A DNA stretch of 64,000 bases. It comes from an uncultured Eubacterium sp. Lineage in GTDB: Bacteria > Bacillota > Clostridia > Lachnospirales > Lachnospiraceae. This document shows, in pieces, positions 62,295 to 64,000 of this stretch. The stretch lies in contig CAJUBQ010000011.1 of NCBI GenBank assembly GCA_910584595.1, positions 17,974 through 81,973 on the forward strand, written 5' to 3'. The position numbers and the translations under genes were made by a program. Each line of letters begins with the position of its first letter. Within the stretch, counting starts at the first letter, position 1. Below the pieces are notes generated by a model, which saw only the letters and a list, made by a program, of their open reading frames with translations, made no database searches and had not been told where the DNA came from.

Positions 62295-62363
62295 ATGTGT
62301 AAAATAATCGCAATCACAAACCAGAAAGGCGGAGTGGGCAAGACCACCACCACAAGCAACTGA
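62295..62363 (+). pseudogene. parA: parA 5' fragment interrupted by IS3-family DNA
   Basis: MCKIITNQKGGVGKTTTTSN-type N-terminus (MCKIIAITNQKGGVGKTTTTSN), then a stop. Homology to copy A ends at 62359/62360, where TGATATTGTC... begins. Confidence 0.75.
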
Positions 62364-63240
62364 TATTGTCAATATTGGTTGACACTTTTTTTACAAGGAT
62401 ATTCATACCTAAGCTATAGCATCCAGAGATTTATAATATCTCTGTCGTTTGACCATAGGAGGGAGCCCATCATTCGCGGAGCATATCCTCCTGTTGTTCC
62501 AATAACTGATGAAGTATCTCCAGATAAGGGTTTTCAGTTCCCCTATGTTCATTTCCTCAGTATGATAACGTCCGTAGAGGAGTTCCTCCTTCATCCGCGC
62601 CCACATGCTCTCGCATCGTGCATTGTCATGGCATCGTCCTCCTGCACTGTTCATGCTTTGAAGAATTCCGTATTTATGGACAGCTTCACGATAGGTTCTG
62701 CTGGTGTACTGCGCCCCGCGGTCTGAATGGATCACGGCTTCCCGGAGTGCCGGATAGGAGCGGACAGCGTTCTCAAGCGTCTGTCTGCACAGAGCCGCTT
62801 TCATGTTCGTGTCCATTGCCAGTCCCAGGACTGCGGCGTCAAAACAGTCAAATATGGCAGACACGTAGAGTTTCCCGTCCTTTGCTTTGAGTTCGGTTAT
62901 GTCCGTTATGCATTTTTTTAATGGTTCTTCGGACGTAAAGTCCCGTTTCAGCAGGTCATCGGATTTGCGCGCCTCACGGTCAGCTTTTGTGATCCCGTTT
63001 GGCCTGTGCTTCGGGCGGTGGCTGAGCCCGATTTCCTCCATGACGCGGTAAACCGTCCGCTCTCCGGGTATGTGGATGCCTTCCGGCTGTTTCAACAAAA
63101 GCGCCTGATACATGCGGATTCTCCCATAAGTGTCATTGCATTCATCTTCCGCCACAATTTCCCGCATGGCGTCGGCCAGATCCTGATATTTCCACGGACG
63201 GTCTTTGTTTGCAAGATATTTATAAAATCCCTGCCGTGTC
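62361..63240 (-). mobile_element. IS3-family element, 5'-truncated (OrfB part only)
   Basis: The terminus starts TGATATTGTCAATATTGG at 62361. No orfA and no matching second terminal repeat were found. Confidence 0.65.
62409..63240 (-). pseudogene. IS3-family transposase OrfB (rve integrase core), lacking OrfA
   Basis: VTRQGFYKYL (HTH_21-like), then DITELK..., HSDRGAQYTS, NARCESMW (D-D-E region). The N-terminal 120 aa of track ORF 62409-63599 look non-homologous. Confidence 0.65.
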
Positions 63241-63251
63241 ACATTTTTTTC

Positions 63252-63314
63252 TGTCGCAAAAAGTCCATTTTGGATTTTGCGATGTCGCAGGGATGCGGAA
63301 TACTTTTTGCGACA
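63252..63314. repeat. 13-bp perfect inverted repeat upstream of the resolvase fragment
   Basis: TGTCGCAAAAAGT (63252-63264) / ACTTTTTGCGACA (63302-63314). A third TGTCGCA lies at 63283-63289. Confidence 0.5.
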
Positions 63315-63341
63315 CGGATTTTTATGGAAGGGAGGTCTGTC

Positions 63342-63560
63342 ATGGCTGCAAAGAAATTTGGGTATGTGCGGGTATCCACACGGGAGCAGAACCTTGACCG
63401 GCAGATACATATCCTGCGGGACGAGGAGGGCATTGACGAGCGCGACATTTATGTGGAGAAAGAACCGGGGAGGCAGTTTGAGCGCCCAGTGTACCGCTTT
63501 CTGGTGGATAACATTCTGCGGGAAGGCGACCTGCTGGTAGTAACGGAGCTGGTGGGGCAA
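63342..63560 (+). pseudogene. 5' fragment of a small serine recombinase (resolvase/invertase) gene
   Basis: MAAKKFGYVRVSTREQNLDRQ...GDLLVVTEL matches the resolvase N-terminus with the catalytic Ser. The expected DRLGR continuation is replaced. Confidence 0.6.
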
Positions 63561-63597
63561 CTCATCACGGATGTTGTGCTGGCAGTGTTCGCAGGTC

Positions 63598-63858
63598 ATG
63601 GAAAAGTACCGGGATTATTTTAAGGAGTGGAATGCGGATGTGGCGTTTGACACCAATAAGAGTAATATTTTTTATGTGTTGGCACCAAGAAATGAATTTG
63701 AAGCTTTCCTGTTTTTCCAGACAGCGGAACAGCTCGAAAGGATCATACTGGGCACGATTGCGGAAAATGTCGAGATCATCATGGAGGCTGGTATAGAAGA
63801 AATCTCCATAGGGTTTTCGGCTGATAAAATGGATGGCGAGTATGGAAATAGCGGATAA
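63598..63858 (+). CDS. hypothetical protein
   Basis: ORF without a clear RBS. No family recognised. Confidence 0.25.
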   Translation: MEKYRDYFKEWNADVAFDTNKSNIFYVLAPRNEFEAFLFFQTAEQLERIILGTIAENVEIIMEAGIEEISIGFSADKMDGEYGNSG

Positions 63859-63947
63859 AGAACAGAAAAATGTGTGAAAAATTTCAAGGAAACAGGGGGA
63901 AAGAGACTCCTTATTATATGAGAATAAATTTAGAGGAGGACTGTTTT

Positions 63948-64000
63948 ATGAAACAGGGTACATTATTTTATGACAATGAAAGCGGCAGATACAATTTCTT
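63948..64000 (+). CDS. 5' end of a DUF5348-like gene (runs off the window)
   Basis: AGGAGGA lies 7 nt upstream. MKQGTLFYDNESGRYNF matches the usual DUF5348 N-terminus (recalled). Confidence 0.4.
   Translation, partial: MKQGTLFYDNESGRYNF

Larger units (their letters stand above)
61493..62360 (+). repeat. ICE left-end segment, copy B (decayed)
   Basis: Homologous to 54561-55522. It carries a roughly 50-nt deletion near 62029 and ends at an IS3 terminus. Confidence 0.75.

Noticed and set aside
62409-63599. Full 396-aa minus-strand ORF as an intact IS3 transposase, with the A7 run at 63244-63250 as a programmed -1 frameshift site
   Set aside because: Only the part downstream of VTRQGFYKYL resembles OrfB. 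The upstream 120 codons overlap a plus-strand resolvase fragment and show no OrfA-like HTH or leucine zipper. The usual ~20 residues that precede the HTH_21 segment are missing, so the A7 run is probably coincidental.
1-64000. CRISPR arrays, rRNA or tRNA genes, retron or DGR reverse transcriptases
   Set aside because: I found no regularly spaced direct repeats of 25-40 nt, no cloverleaf-compatible segments and no RT motifs (YxDD) in any substantial ORF. The absence is judged by eye only; tRNAscan-SE, Infernal and minced would confirm it.

Overview
This 64-kb window is a mosaic of mobile-element DNA. AGGAGG-type RBSs and ICE-associated protein families point to a Clostridia/Lachnospiraceae-type Firmicute. 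I saw no rRNA, tRNA or CRISPR array. Family names are recalled from motifs read in the translations; nothing was searched.

Layout:
(1) 1-5.2 kb: a tightly coupled plus-strand accessory operon of a conjugative element (DUF4262-like, YodL-like, two YkgJ-type Cys-cluster paralogs, several unknowns).
(2) 5.2-23.7 kb: a patchwork. By eye, GC-richer ICE backbone remnants (relaxase 3' end, two paralogous XRE regulators, integrase 3' end, MobC, a truncated PQ-rich gene) alternate with AT-richer cargo cassettes. The cassettes are MerR + ABC exporter; TetR + flavodoxin + Cys-rich KTR; an HTH-fusion/paralog pair; GNAT + TrmO-like + MerR/GyrI; an attenuator-preceded SAM methyltransferase; and a Bce-like two-component + ABC module.
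(3) About 24.4-54.4 kb: one roughly 30-kb integrative, apparently self-replicating element. It carries an ssb-led island of small acidic unknowns, a MoxR-like AAA ATPase + VWA/HExxH pair, an orphan DNA methyltransferase, AbiEi/AbiEii, a serine hydrolase and an IS with target duplication. It also has DUF932-like + YqaJ exonuclease, a RecD2-like helicase, a primase, ParM/ParR, and an XRE / sigma / HTH / Xis-like / RHH / tyrosine integrase module. No relaxase, T4SS or capsid genes are visible inside it.
(4) 54.5-64 kb: two copies of an ICE left end (DUF6075, DUF3970, ParA), the second decayed and cut by an IS3 fragment. Between and around them lie recombinase fragments, orphan immunity-like genes, a RelB/DinJ-YoeB module and an unannotated type I toxin-like peptide.

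Best leads:
- A duplicated consensus promoter + ~90-nt structured RNA + terminator module with compensatory changes, placed in front of ssb and of the DUF932-like gene.
- The AAA + VWA/metallopeptidase pair inside the ssb-led island.
- A par/Fst-like type I toxin-antitoxin candidate.
- An HTH-fusion/paralog gene pair next to a ~240-nt multi-hairpin noncoding region.
- A terminator/antiterminator leader upstream of a cargo methyltransferase.
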